64,000 nt of DNA from a virus, in the IMG/VR virus record IMGVR_UViG_3300045454_000060, positions 1 through 64,000 of that record; one strand, given 5' to 3'. Below are positions 1 to 8,639 of this stretch, one piece after another. A model generated the notes under the pieces. It saw only the letters and a list, made by a program, of their open reading frames with translations. It did no database searches and was not told where the DNA came from. Position numbers and translations under genes: made by a program. Each line of letters opens with the position of its first letter. The first letter of the stretch is position 1.

Positions 1-15
1 AGTAGGCGGGGGGGG

Positions 16-38
16 GGCGGCAGGAAACTGCCGCCTTT
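16..38 (+). terminator. Probable rho-independent terminator
   Basis: GGCGGCAG-GAAA-CTGCCGCC-TTT hairpin. Confidence 0.55.
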
Positions 39-94
39 CCCGTGCCTGGGGCGGGCCGCGGTGAGCCATGGCGCACCATGGCGTCTGTCACGGT

Positions 95-170
95 CAGGCG
101 TTCCTCGGCGCCAGGCGTTTCTCCCGTTCAGGCGTTTCGCGGCGCCAGGCGTTTGTGGCTGCCAGGCGTT
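95..170 (+). repeat. Five CAGGCGTT cores at an exact 17-bp period
   Basis: Copies start at 95, 112, 129, 146 and 163. Confidence 0.85.
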
Positions 171-358
171 TCGATCACCGCGGCGATCCATGGCGCGCCC
201 ATCGCATCAGAGGATCACATCAGAAACTCGCATCCAGCGCTGCCCAAGCCGCACTTCGCCTGAACATCGCCTGACTTCCCCGCTTGTCGTCCTACCTCAC
301 TGCTGACATAGTGTCGAACGTCAGCAATGACGCTGACACTGCCAAGGGACAAGCCGTC

Positions 359-715
359 ATGAGCAACGCTCTCGCCACCTTCGATGTCACGCTCGAATAC
401 AATCCGATCTCGGGGCGCATCGCCGCGAGCGTGAACGACGATCACATCGGCTACATCTGGCACGAGCGGCACCCGCGCTACGGCACGCCGCAGATCCGCT
501 TTCGGCACTCCCGTGCGGCGAGCTCGCGTGTGTTGAACGCACACTGGAACCTGTTCGATCTGAGCGACACCCCGAGCCCTGACGAGATCATGAAGATCGT
601 CGCCGAGCGCTTCGCCGGCAAGCTGATCTACGCTTGGCAGATCTACGGGGCCACCAAGCGCGTCGCCTTCGATCAGCCTGAGCATCGCGCGGGGCGGCAG
701 CGCAAGATCGCCTGA
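359..715 (+). CDS. Hypothetical protein
   Basis: ORF with phage-like codon usage, AAGGGA RBS-like sequence upstream and a terminator downstream. Confidence 0.7.
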   Translation: MSNALATFDVTLEYNPISGRIAASVNDDHIGYIWHERHPRYGTPQIRFRHSRAASSRVLNAHWNLFDLSDTPSPDEIMKIVAERFAGKLIYAWQIYGATKRVAFDQPEHRAGRQRKIA

Positions 716-721
716 CAGGGG

Positions 722-745
722 AGGGGCGGGAAACCGCCCCTTTTC
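722..745 (+). terminator. Rho-independent terminator
   Basis: AGGGGCGG-GAAA-CCGCCCCT followed by a T run. Confidence 0.7.
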
Positions 746-1589
746 GCTTATAGGGGTCACGCCGCGGTGCGCCATGGATCGCCATGGATCGCCACAAATC
801 GGCGAAATGGTTCGGCGCGGGCGGTTTTTAGGTTCGGCTGGCTTGAAATCCGGTGGCAAAGGACCGACCGTGGCGAGCCTCGGCGGGGTCGGGCCGCGGT
901 CAGGTTCGGCGACAATCCGCATTAGGAACCTAGGATTTTCCGCGTGCCTCCAGCGTCTACCACTTCTGGTAGCTTCATATGCTCGAATGCAACTAGGGGT
1001 TGAAACCCGCCGCGCGGCACGATTGCAATCCCTAGTTGCACGCGCATAGCGCGCAAGCATTGTGCAGCGCAGCATACACGCATTGCGTGTAACGCGGAAA
1101 GTTTCGCTACTCACTATTTCGTGATCTATGCTGCATCGCAGCATGCTAGACGATTGCGCTTGCGTTCCGACAAACGATAGCGTTGCGTGTGCGCAATCGT
1201 GCCGTTGCCGCGCTTGTTTCCTGCTAGCTGGTAGCATGCTGGCATCTCGGCATGTCGAGTCGTGATGCGTGATCCCTGCCGCGCGAGCGTGCGCGGCATG
1301 TGTTCCTGCCATCGTCCCTACCATCATGCCTGCCGCGTGCCGGCATGGCAGGGAACATCAACGCTAGTGCCGAAAATCTCGCGCTGGAACGCGATTGCCG
1401 CGCTGGCAGCTACCTACCTAGCGCAAACACGAAACCCCACTGTAGCGCGTTCCCAGGGGCTTCTAAGGGGTCCTTCACGAAATCGTGAGCAACGCTCATT
1501 GCTGACGAATCCCTATTGCCATTAACGCGGCAGGCATGATGTTGTCCCATGCATCGCGATGTTGCGATGCATGCCAAAGGGAAACGACG

Positions 1590-2198
1590 ATGACAGTCAA
1601 GATGAAGCATGACGCTACTCCCGACATGATCGAGGGGGCACGCGCGAATCTGATTCTGGCAATCGAGACGCGCGAGGCATTCGAGCGTTCCCTGATCACG
1701 GAAGCGAATGACAACGCTTCGATGATGAAGTTCCTCTCGCGCTACAAGCGCGAGGCATCGAAGCTTGACGCTTTCAGTCTCGCGTATGCTGCCGCGACGA
1801 ATTTCGATTTCGTCGCGCATTTCAACAGCACGCGCTATGAGGGGGCGCGCTTCAACATCTACGCTGCCCCGAAGCTTCACTTCCTGATGCGCGTGCTGAA
1901 CGGGGCAAACTGGCAGTCCCTGACTGACAGTGACTCGGCAACGCTTGCCGGCACGCTTGCCGCGCTGGAATCGGGGCACACGGAAGGCAAGCGCATTGCC
2001 AACGCGCTTGACGATTTCATGAACAGCATCGCGGGGCGCAGGGATTACAAGAGCGGGGGCACGCAAAGCGGCAGTAGCTTGCGCGCGCTTGAGGCACTCG
2101 GAATCGTGCGCAAGGCAAGCGCGCGCGCATGGGAAATTGCCGACAAGACGGCATTCAAGACGCTGGCACGCGCTGCCAGCAAGGCAACGCGCGAGTAG
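1590..2198 (+). CDS. Hypothetical protein inside the motif-depleted island; possible C-terminal winged-helix-like region
   Basis: 202-aa ORF with AAGGG RBS; C-terminus GTQSGSSLRALEALGIV; hairpin follows. Confidence 0.75.
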   Translation: MTVKMKHDATPDMIEGARANLILAIETREAFERSLITEANDNASMMKFLSRYKREASKLDAFSLAYAAATNFDFVAHFNSTRYEGARFNIYAAPKLHFLMRVLNGANWQSLTDSDSATLAGTLAALESGHTEGKRIANALDDFMNSIAGRRDYKSGGTQSGSSLRALEALGIVRKASARAWEIADKTAFKTLARAASKATRE

Positions 2199-2230
2199 CG
2201 GCAGGGGCGGGGCAGGGGCAATCCCTGCCC

Positions 2231-2246
2231 CGTTTCACGTGAAACG
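2231..2246. promoter_or_regulatory. Chromosomal-type parS palindrome
   Basis: CGTTTCACGTGAAACG matches the core of the bacterial parS consensus TGTTNCACGTGAAACA. Confidence 0.7.
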
Positions 2247-2273
2247 TCATCACTGACAGAAGGAACGCTTCCG

Positions 2274-2483
2274 ATGCTCAACCCCGAAACCCCGTATGCC
2301 GACATGCTGCGGCACGCGCAACGCTGGCAGGCAAGCATGCGCGCTGCCGTGTGCCGCAGCATGCATCGCGATTACATGACGCTCGCGCGCGTCTATCTCG
2401 CACAAGCGAACATGCGTTCCGCACACAACGCGCTGAATCGTGCCGCGTGTGCGCGCATGCTGTATTGCTACTTTAAGAGCTAG
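2274..2483 (+). CDS. Small hypothetical protein
   Basis: 69-aa ORF with AAGGAA RBS. Confidence 0.55.
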   Translation: MLNPETPYADMLRHAQRWQASMRAAVCRSMHRDYMTLARVYLAQANMRSAHNALNRAACARMLYCYFKS

Positions 2484-2597
2484 CAAGCGGCATGCCAAAT
2501 GGGGCGGAAACGATTCCGTCCCTCCCGCGCTCAAATCGAAGTCTTAACGATTTTTTCGGGGTCAGACCCGGATCCCGCCACATCCTCGCACTGCCAC

Positions 2598-2693
2598 CAC
2601 CAACCCTTGCAGCAAAATCCTCGCCCCGCCATCACCAACCCTTGCAGCAAAATCCTCACACCCCAGCCCCACCAACCCTTGCAGCAAAATCCT
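2598..2693 (+). repeat. Three exact 24-bp direct repeats CACCAACCCTTGCAGCAAAATCCT
   Basis: Copies at 2598-2621, 2633-2656 and 2670-2693; degenerate fourth copy near 2706. Confidence 0.9.
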
Positions 2694-2732
2694 GGCGCCC
2701 ACTCCCACCAACACCCTTGGAGGAAGAAGGGT

Positions 2733-3104
2733 CTAGATTTCCTTGTCCACCACCTGCAGCGCCGGCTTGCCCTCCGCCCTGGCGCGCTCGACCGCCTGCT
2801 GCACATATGCCTGCATCAGCACGTCCAGCTCCTCGAGTCTGGGAAGGCTGCCGTGCCTGCGACGGTGCATGACCATGAAGCCGAGCTGGCGCAGCGTCAC
2901 CGGGATTGCACCGAGCGCGATCGCCCGCTTCCTGACGCCGAGCGAGACATCGTAGTGGTCGCCCTGGAACCAGGCGCGCTTGAGCCCGAGCCTGTCGGCC
3001 ATCGCGTGCAGCTCGTCCTCGCTGTCGGCGATCATGTGCGACATCTTCATGGAGCGGAAGCGCCCCATGGGATGCCGATACATGTCATCAACATAGACTG
3101 TCAT
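2733..3104 (-). CDS. DUF4031-family protein
   Basis: MTVYVDD...SHMIADSEDELHAMADRLGLKRAWFQGDHYDV signature. Confidence 0.8.
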   Translation of the reverse strand: MTVYVDDMYRHPMGRFRSMKMSHMIADSEDELHAMADRLGLKRAWFQGDHYDVSLGVRKRAIALGAIPVTLRQLGFMVMHRRRHGSLPRLEELDVLMQAYVQQAVERARAEGKPALQVVDKEI

Positions 3105-3126
3105 CGCGCCGCCCCCGTCACCCGCA

Positions 3127-3228
3127 TCACACGTATCGAAGCGGCAGCGTGAGAATGTGGTAGACGCCGAACAGCCACGGCAGAACGCCACAGACGAACC
3201 ACAGAACCGTCTCGACCACCTTATGCAT
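3127..3228 (-). CDS. Possible 33-aa hydrophobic peptide
   Basis: MHKVVETVLWFVCGVLPWLFGVYHILTLPLRYV fills the gap between two co-oriented genes. Confidence 0.35.
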   Translation of the reverse strand: MHKVVETVLWFVCGVLPWLFGVYHILTLPLRYV

Positions 3229-3604
3229 GGGCATGAACGGAACCCCGTCTGATGACCTGGAGAACCAGCAGATCGCTGATCCCGGCGCGCTTGATCATGT
3301 CGTTGGTGCCGCGACCGCCCGGAAAGGCGGCGACGAGATGAGGCTTGCCTTCGTCGAGCATGCGCTGATTGCGCACGAAGCCGGCGCGCAGCCCGTAGCG
3401 CATCCAGTTGGCGCGGTAGATCTCGAGCTGAATGCGACGCATCAGCGCCCATTCGCCGGCGGCGGTATCGACCCCGCGAGCGCCACCATGGATCAGCACG
3501 GCGATCGGCTTGATGGCGTGCAGGCGATCGAGCAGGTGGAAGATCTGCTGGCGCTCGGACTCGACGAGTCCGAAATCACGACCGCCGCAGACCAGCACCC
3601 TCAC
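3221..3604 (-). CDS. SLOG-superfamily protein (DUF2493/YspA-like)
   Basis: MRVLVCGGRDF...LIHGGARGVD...AGFVRNQRML...AFPGGRGT motifs. Confidence 0.85.
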   Translation of the reverse strand: MRVLVCGGRDFGLVESERQQIFHLLDRLHAIKPIAVLIHGGARGVDTAAGEWALMRRIQLEIYRANWMRYGLRAGFVRNQRMLDEGKPHLVAAFPGGRGTNDMIKRAGISDLLVLQVIRRGSVHAHA

Positions 3605-3975
3605 AGGGGATCGCCCCGTCGTGCGATCTCGCGCAGCTCCTCGCGCGAGAGACGCCGCACATAGTCACGCGGATCACGCTCGGGCGAGCGCACGTCGCCG
3701 GGAACAATGCCGGCGGTGATTCTGGACATGTCCAGATGCGTCCGAAGATGCAGATCGCCCCGAGCGGTCGGGGCACTCCTGGGACCGACCAGCTCCTGCA
3801 TCGCGGCGTCCAGGCCGCGCCGCATGGACTCGAGACGCTGGGCGAGCTGCTGGCGTTCCTCGAGCAGCCCCTTCAGGAGCTCGACATCGCTCCAATGCAA
3901 GGCAAGCGGGCGCGTCTCGGGGTTCGAGACCACGCCAGCGAAACGCGCGACCAGATCCTGAAGTGCCGACTGCAT
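3601..3975 (-). CDS. Hypothetical protein
   Basis: ORF with a coiled-coil segment; stop overlaps the next start. Confidence 0.55.
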   Translation of the reverse strand: MQSALQDLVARFAGVVSNPETRPLALHWSDVELLKGLLEERQQLAQRLESMRRGLDAAMQELVGPRSAPTARGDLHLRTHLDMSRITAGIVPGDVRSPERDPRDYVRRLSREELREIARRGDPL

Positions 3976-4108
3976 GCGGGGTGCTCCATCACAACGGGGT
4001 GCGAGCGCGGGATGGAGGGAGGGAACTCCACGGGAAGTCTCGTGCCGGGCAGGAGGGGAGGGGACCCGGACACCCCGCGCTCGCAGTGCCATAATAGGCA
4101 GTCAGCGC

Positions 4109-4729
4109 TTACTTCGCAACGGAGACGCGCGAAGATTTTCTTGCCCTGGGGCGGGGTGTCCGAGACGCGGGCTTGCCGCGCGCGATCGGGGCGAGATGGA
4201 ACACACTCACGTCCATGCCGGAGTAGATGTCGAGCTCGATGGCGATGTCGAGCGTGCGGCGCACCAGGCGCTCGGGGTCGGGCTCGCTCTCGATCAGCGC
4301 ACGGCCGGCGGCGAAGGCGAAGTCGCGCCCCGAGCCGGCACCCCAGACGATGCCGGGCGGGACGGCGTGAATCGACAGATCCGAGCAGAACTCCCAGATG
4401 CCGAAGGGGCTGGCGAGCACGATCGTCATCTCGCCCCATTGCGAGGGGCCTGGTCCCTCCGAGTGCGCCTCGAAGCCGTTCTTGGCAAGCACCTCGCGCA
4501 GACGCTCGGCGAACTGCAGCGGGTGCTCGAGGTTGCGGAACAGGAAATCGCGCGCCGCCTGCATCGACACCAGCACGGCATACTGTCCGGCCGAGCCGGC
4601 GGCCCAACCATTGTCGCCCAGCACCCACTTCGAGACCGGGCCGAGCTTGAGACCGCCGGCGCTGATCATGCCGTCGGAGCCGACCCAGGTGCCGCGTTCG
4701 GGCAGATGGTAGGCGGCGAGGGTGGTCAC
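4109..4729 (-). CDS. Ntn-hydrolase, proteasome-beta/HslV-like protein
   Basis: N-terminal MTT nucleophile, GSDG, GAGSG..FA and D.YSG motifs. Confidence 0.7.
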   Translation of the reverse strand: MTTLAAYHLPERGTWVGSDGMISAGGLKLGPVSKWVLGDNGWAAGSAGQYAVLVSMQAARDFLFRNLEHPLQFAERLREVLAKNGFEAHSEGPGPSQWGEMTIVLASPFGIWEFCSDLSIHAVPPGIVWGAGSGRDFAFAAGRALIESEPDPERLVRRTLDIAIELDIYSGMDVSVFHLAPIARGKPASRTPRPRARKSSRVSVAK

Positions 4730-5382
4730 GACACGGCCTGCGCCGCCGGGGCCGGCTGCACTGGCTGCACTGGCGCGAAACCGAGCGTCTGCTCGAACAG
4801 CAGCGCGGCCTGCGCCTCGAAGTGACGCAGATCGCCCGCATTATCCAGCGTATAGTTCACCAGTGACGTATCATAGTGGTCGAAATCGTTCACCGGGACA
4901 TGGCCGGGGCGACGCACCTCGATCACGACGCCGCGGCGCTCGCGATAGGTCAGCCCCTGCGTCTTGCGCACCGAGGGGAAGACGAAGAAGGGGTGATCCC
5001 AGAGCTCGGTATCGGCGTGAAAGCGCCGCTGCAGCGCTCTGAGCGTCAACTCAGGGATGATCTGCTCGCCGTAGTGGCTCTCGAGCAGATTGCCGAGCTG
5101 GCCGAGGAGCTGACGATGATCGAACGTCCTGCCGCAGAGCTCGATCCGCTTCGCCTTGCCTTCCTGAGTCGTCACATCGTCCCAGGACAGCCCGTAGAGC
5201 GCCATCGCGGCGCGCCGCAGCACCTCGCCGTCATCGACCAGATGAGCGTTGTAGCGGCGTTCCAGGAACTCGGCGAGCGTGGTCTTGCCGGCCTTGGGCG
5301 CGCCACAGAGCGCGATCAGCGTGGGGCGGTGACCGGGGTGATGGCTGGGGCGGACATTCATGCGGACTCTCCGGATCGACAC
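4726..5382 (-). CDS. Deoxynucleoside monophosphate kinase-like P-loop kinase
   Basis: LIALCGAPKAGKTT; RQLLGQLG; C-terminal LDNAGDL. Confidence 0.7.
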   Translation of the reverse strand: MSIRRVRMNVRPSHHPGHRPTLIALCGAPKAGKTTLAEFLERRYNAHLVDDGEVLRRAAMALYGLSWDDVTTQEGKAKRIELCGRTFDHRQLLGQLGNLLESHYGEQIIPELTLRALQRRFHADTELWDHPFFVFPSVRKTQGLTYRERRGVVIEVRRPGHVPVNDFDHYDTSLVNYTLDNAGDLRHFEAQAALLFEQTLGFAPVQPVQPAPAAQAVS

Positions 5383-5421
5383 GACGTGAGAAGTTCATGG
5401 AAGATCAAAGCGATGATCCGC

Positions 5422-5835
5422 TCATCTGGACGGACATGGCGGGGTCTCGCCGACCGCGAGCACAGGGATACCCGGCGTCTCCGCCTCGTCGAGATGCGGA
5501 TTGATTAGATGCCCCGCGATCCGGCGCCCGCGCTCGGGGCCGAGCCCCAGCTCGCCGGCTGCGCGCACGACCGCCTCGTAGAACGTGAGATTATCCTCGT
5601 GATCGCGCAACAGAATCGCGGCGGCCGTGACCAGCACGGCAGTCACCTGCGTCGTCTCGCTGGCCGCGAGACGGTCATCGGCTGGGATTCTGAGAATCCC
5701 CGCCGAATGGCAGGGAAGCACGAAGGCTGCATCATCGGGCCCGATGATCACCGCGCGAATCCCGGCCCAGCGAAAGACCGGGTTGGCCAAACCGATCAGA
5801 GCCCGACGAAACCAATGCCGCATTGATCCACTCAC
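5422..5835 (-). CDS. Hypothetical protein
   Basis: ORF in the leftward operon. Confidence 0.5.
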   Translation of the reverse strand: MSGSMRHWFRRALIGLANPVFRWAGIRAVIIGPDDAAFVLPCHSAGILRIPADDRLAASETTQVTAVLVTAAAILLRDHEDNLTFYEAVVRAAGELGLGPERGRRIAGHLINPHLDEAETPGIPVLAVGETPPCPSR

Positions 5836-5901
5836 TGTTGACTGCCTAGTCTAGCATAGACCCCGCGCGCTGTGGAGCAACGCGCGACACAGACGGCCCG
5901 A

Positions 5902-6168
5902 TCAGGGGACACGAAACTTGACCGGCCTGCCGGGGCGTCGCGGCTTGAACCCCACCTGCTTGATCTCCTGCGCGATCTCGGCGACGGAGCGGGAAATCAC
6001 CAGATACTCGACCACGCTGGAGCGCGGCAACCCGCTCAGCTTGGAGATCTTGGCGAGCTGCTCGCGGGTCAGACTGCTGACCCAGATCGTCGTGCTGGTC
6101 CCCTCCGACCCGGTGCGCTTGGTGCGCCGCTTGACGGGGGTTTCGGATGTATTCGCCGCCTCGATCAT
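5902..6168 (-). CDS. Small DNA-binding-like protein (RHH/HTH-like)
   Basis: TTIWVSSLTREQLAKISKLSGLPRSSVVEYL pattern and a basic RRPGRP tail. Confidence 0.55.
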   Translation of the reverse strand: MIEAANTSETPVKRRTKRTGSEGTSTTIWVSSLTREQLAKISKLSGLPRSSVVEYLVISRSVAEIAQEIKQVGFKPRRPGRPVKFRVP

Positions 6169-6178
6169 GTTGTCGAGG

Positions 6179-7687
6179 CTAGGGGTGCTTCCATGACGTG
6201 TAGTCAAAGTCGCCTCCTTCCGGCAGGATGTTTTCGGCAAACCCAGGGGTCTGGAGCAGGATGGCGCGGCGCGTCAACGCATGCTCCTGCAGCGTGCGAT
6301 TGCCGGCATCGGCGAAATCCAGCACATGGCACAGATTGGGGCCGGTTTTCTTGGCCCTGAGGCCGCGCCCGATACGCTGGCGATGCGCCACCTCGGCCTT
6401 GCCGCCGCCAGCAAGCACGACCAGGCCGACCGCCGGCACATCCACCCCGACATCGAGAATGGTCGATCCGATCAGCGCCTGCAGCTCGCCCGAGGCAAGC
6501 GCACGCAGGGCGCGCTGACGCTCGTCGTTCTGGTGCTCGCCGAAGATGAAGGCCGTCTTGACCCCCGCATCCCTGAGCGCCCCGAGCAGGATTTCGCCGT
6601 GCTTGCGACGATTGATCAGAATGAGCGACGGCAGACCATAGGCGGCGGCGCGCCCCACCTCGAACACGATCACGCGATTGCGTTCCGGGTTCTCGACAAT
6701 GCCCAGGTCATAACAGGCGGGCCAGCGAGTTGAGCGCCGCAACCCTGGCGGGGCGGGCGCGTCGGCGATCTTGAAACGCGGCCGGGCCAGAATGCCGCGC
6801 TCGATCAGAAGCTGCTCCGAGACGTCGATGCCGATCGGCCCGAAACCCGCCATCAAACGCATATTCGCCTCGGCATCGGGGCGCATGAACGGGGTGGCGG
6901 TGAGCGCCAGACGGTAATGCGCGTTCAGGCAGTGCTGCAGGATCTCGAAATACTCGCCCCCGCCCGCCTCGTGCGCCTCCTCGCCGATCACGACCTCGAA
7001 GTAGCGCAGCAGCGCCAGCGTTCGCATGCGATCGGGGTGATTCTCCACCAGACGCGCGGCGAAGGTCTGCACCATGCCGATATTCACGCCGCGCCGCGGA
7101 TCCCACACCCCGTCGCCGATGAAGCCAGGGGTGAAGCCGGCGGCACGGAACCCCTCGGCCATCTGATGCGCAAGCACCGTGCGGGTGGTGAGGAACAGCG
7201 TCGGCCGGCGGATCGTGCCGACCGCCTGAACGGCGATGTTGGACTTGCCTCCTCCGGTCGCCACGCGCGCGATCATCCGCCCGTGCCGCAACAGCCTCCT
7301 GACCGTCTCAGACTGGTAATCATACCTGGGATCGAAGCCGAACCCCAGATAGTCCACGCTGCCGAGCACCGGGCCCAGGGGCTCAGGCGGAGGCTTCACC
7401 ACCACCCGCACGGAATGGCCGAGTCGGACCAATTCGCGCTCCACCACCGGCACAAACCCGGCCGGGAAGGTGCCGGTGCGGAAGTCGAAGAACGAGCTGC
7501 GCCCGTCCCAGCGGCGCGCCTTGAACGCCTCCGAGCGCTCATAGCCCTCGACCTGGTAGGAAAGCAGCTCGGAAACCGCGAGCTTCACCTCGCGCGAAGC
7601 GTCGAGCAGGCGCGCCGCGACCGCGTTGGCGGCCAGGCGCAGCGTCTCGCCGGTCGGCAGGGCTTGAGTGAGCGATGTCGGTTGCAC
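6179..7687 (-). CDS. SF2 (DEAH-like) helicase
   Basis: ATGGGKS Walker A, EEAH, TATP and QRIGRGLR motifs. Confidence 0.9.
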   Translation of the reverse strand: MQPTSLTQALPTGETLRLAANAVAARLLDASREVKLAVSELLSYQVEGYERSEAFKARRWDGRSSFFDFRTGTFPAGFVPVVERELVRLGHSVRVVVKPPPEPLGPVLGSVDYLGFGFDPRYDYQSETVRRLLRHGRMIARVATGGGKSNIAVQAVGTIRRPTLFLTTRTVLAHQMAEGFRAAGFTPGFIGDGVWDPRRGVNIGMVQTFAARLVENHPDRMRTLALLRYFEVVIGEEAHEAGGGEYFEILQHCLNAHYRLALTATPFMRPDAEANMRLMAGFGPIGIDVSEQLLIERGILARPRFKIADAPAPPGLRRSTRWPACYDLGIVENPERNRVIVFEVGRAAAYGLPSLILINRRKHGEILLGALRDAGVKTAFIFGEHQNDERQRALRALASGELQALIGSTILDVGVDVPAVGLVVLAGGGKAEVAHRQRIGRGLRAKKTGPNLCHVLDFADAGNRTLQEHALTRRAILLQTPGFAENILPEGGDFDYTSWKHP

Positions 7688-7737
7688 GGAATCTCCCCCG
7701 AGACTATAGTAAATCACCACTGATTGAACAACAACAG

Positions 7738-8424
7738 ATGACGATCACATCTCCGAACCCTCTCGCGGTCACGCTGCGCGACCCGCACACCCTCGTGCCG
7801 GCGCCGTGGAATCCCAATCGCGCCACCCCCGAAGACGAGCGGAAGCTGGACGAGAGCATCCGCCGCTTCGGCATGTTCAAGCCGGTGATCTGCCGCGAAC
7901 TGCCGACCGGCGCGCTGCAGATCCTGGGCGGGCACTACCGCGTGCAGGCAGCGCTGCGCCTCGGCATCAGCGAGGTGCCGGTGATCAATCTCGGCACGGT
8001 CGATGACCGTCGCGCCAAAGAGATCACCCTGATCGACAACGGCCGCTATGGCCGGGACGACACCATGGCACTGGCGGGGCTGCTGGAGGAACTCGGCAGT
8101 CCAACCGAGCTCGCCCTGTTCATGCCCTACGACCTGGTCGAGATCGACGCGATCTGCGCCGCCAGCAAGATCGACCTGGAGACGCTCGGGCTTGTCGAGG
8201 AGCCCGAGGAGAAGGCGATCGAGGACAAGCCCGCCCGGGCGCCCAAGACCCACGAAATCCTGCGTCTGAAGGTCGCGCTGGAGGATGCCGAACGGGTGCG
8301 CCGCACCCTCGAGACGATCATGCAGGCGCAGGGCTTCACCGACAGCGACGCGCTCACCAATGCCGGCGACGCGCTGGTCTGGCTGATCAATGACTGGCTC
8401 GAGCAGACAAAAGGCGAGGGGTGA
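7738..8424 (+). CDS. ParB/Srx-domain protein 1
   Basis: PWNPN...LDESIRRFGMFKPVI...ILGGHYRVQAA. Confidence 0.85.
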   Translation: MTITSPNPLAVTLRDPHTLVPAPWNPNRATPEDERKLDESIRRFGMFKPVICRELPTGALQILGGHYRVQAALRLGISEVPVINLGTVDDRRAKEITLIDNGRYGRDDTMALAGLLEELGSPTELALFMPYDLVEIDAICAASKIDLETLGLVEEPEEKAIEDKPARAPKTHEILRLKVALEDAERVRRTLETIMQAQGFTDSDALTNAGDALVWLINDWLEQTKGEG

Positions 8425-8639
8425 TGCGTCTCAAGTTCGAGGATTGCCGCGACTGCCGCCACCGCAGACGGCCAGCGATCTGCCGCGACTGCGACTATGG
8501 CGAGCTGTTCGAGGACCGCGAACGCATGACCGTGGACGAGCTGTTCAAGCAGACCACCGCGCGCTTCGGAGACTCAGTCATCCATGACGATGACACCCAG
8601 GACGACGATCTGCCGCAGGACGAGAACGACGATGAGTGA
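8421..8639 (+). CDS. Small Cys-rich (CxxC...CxxC) protein with an acidic tail
   Basis: CRDC...CRDC; overlaps both ParB-like genes. Confidence 0.7.
   Translation: MMRLKFEDCRDCRHRRRPAICRDCDYGELFEDRERMTVDELFKQTTARFGDSVIHDDDTQDDDLPQDENDDE

Noticed and set aside
215-1327. 370-aa minus-strand ORF and other ORFs over 716-1589
   Set aside because: The translations are low-information, overlap a better plus-strand gene, and cross repeat and hairpin-rich non-coding DNA.
2598-2693. 24-bp repeats as a CRISPR mini-array
   Set aside because: The spacers are only 11-13 nt and C-rich, the repeat is not palindromic, and there are no cas genes.
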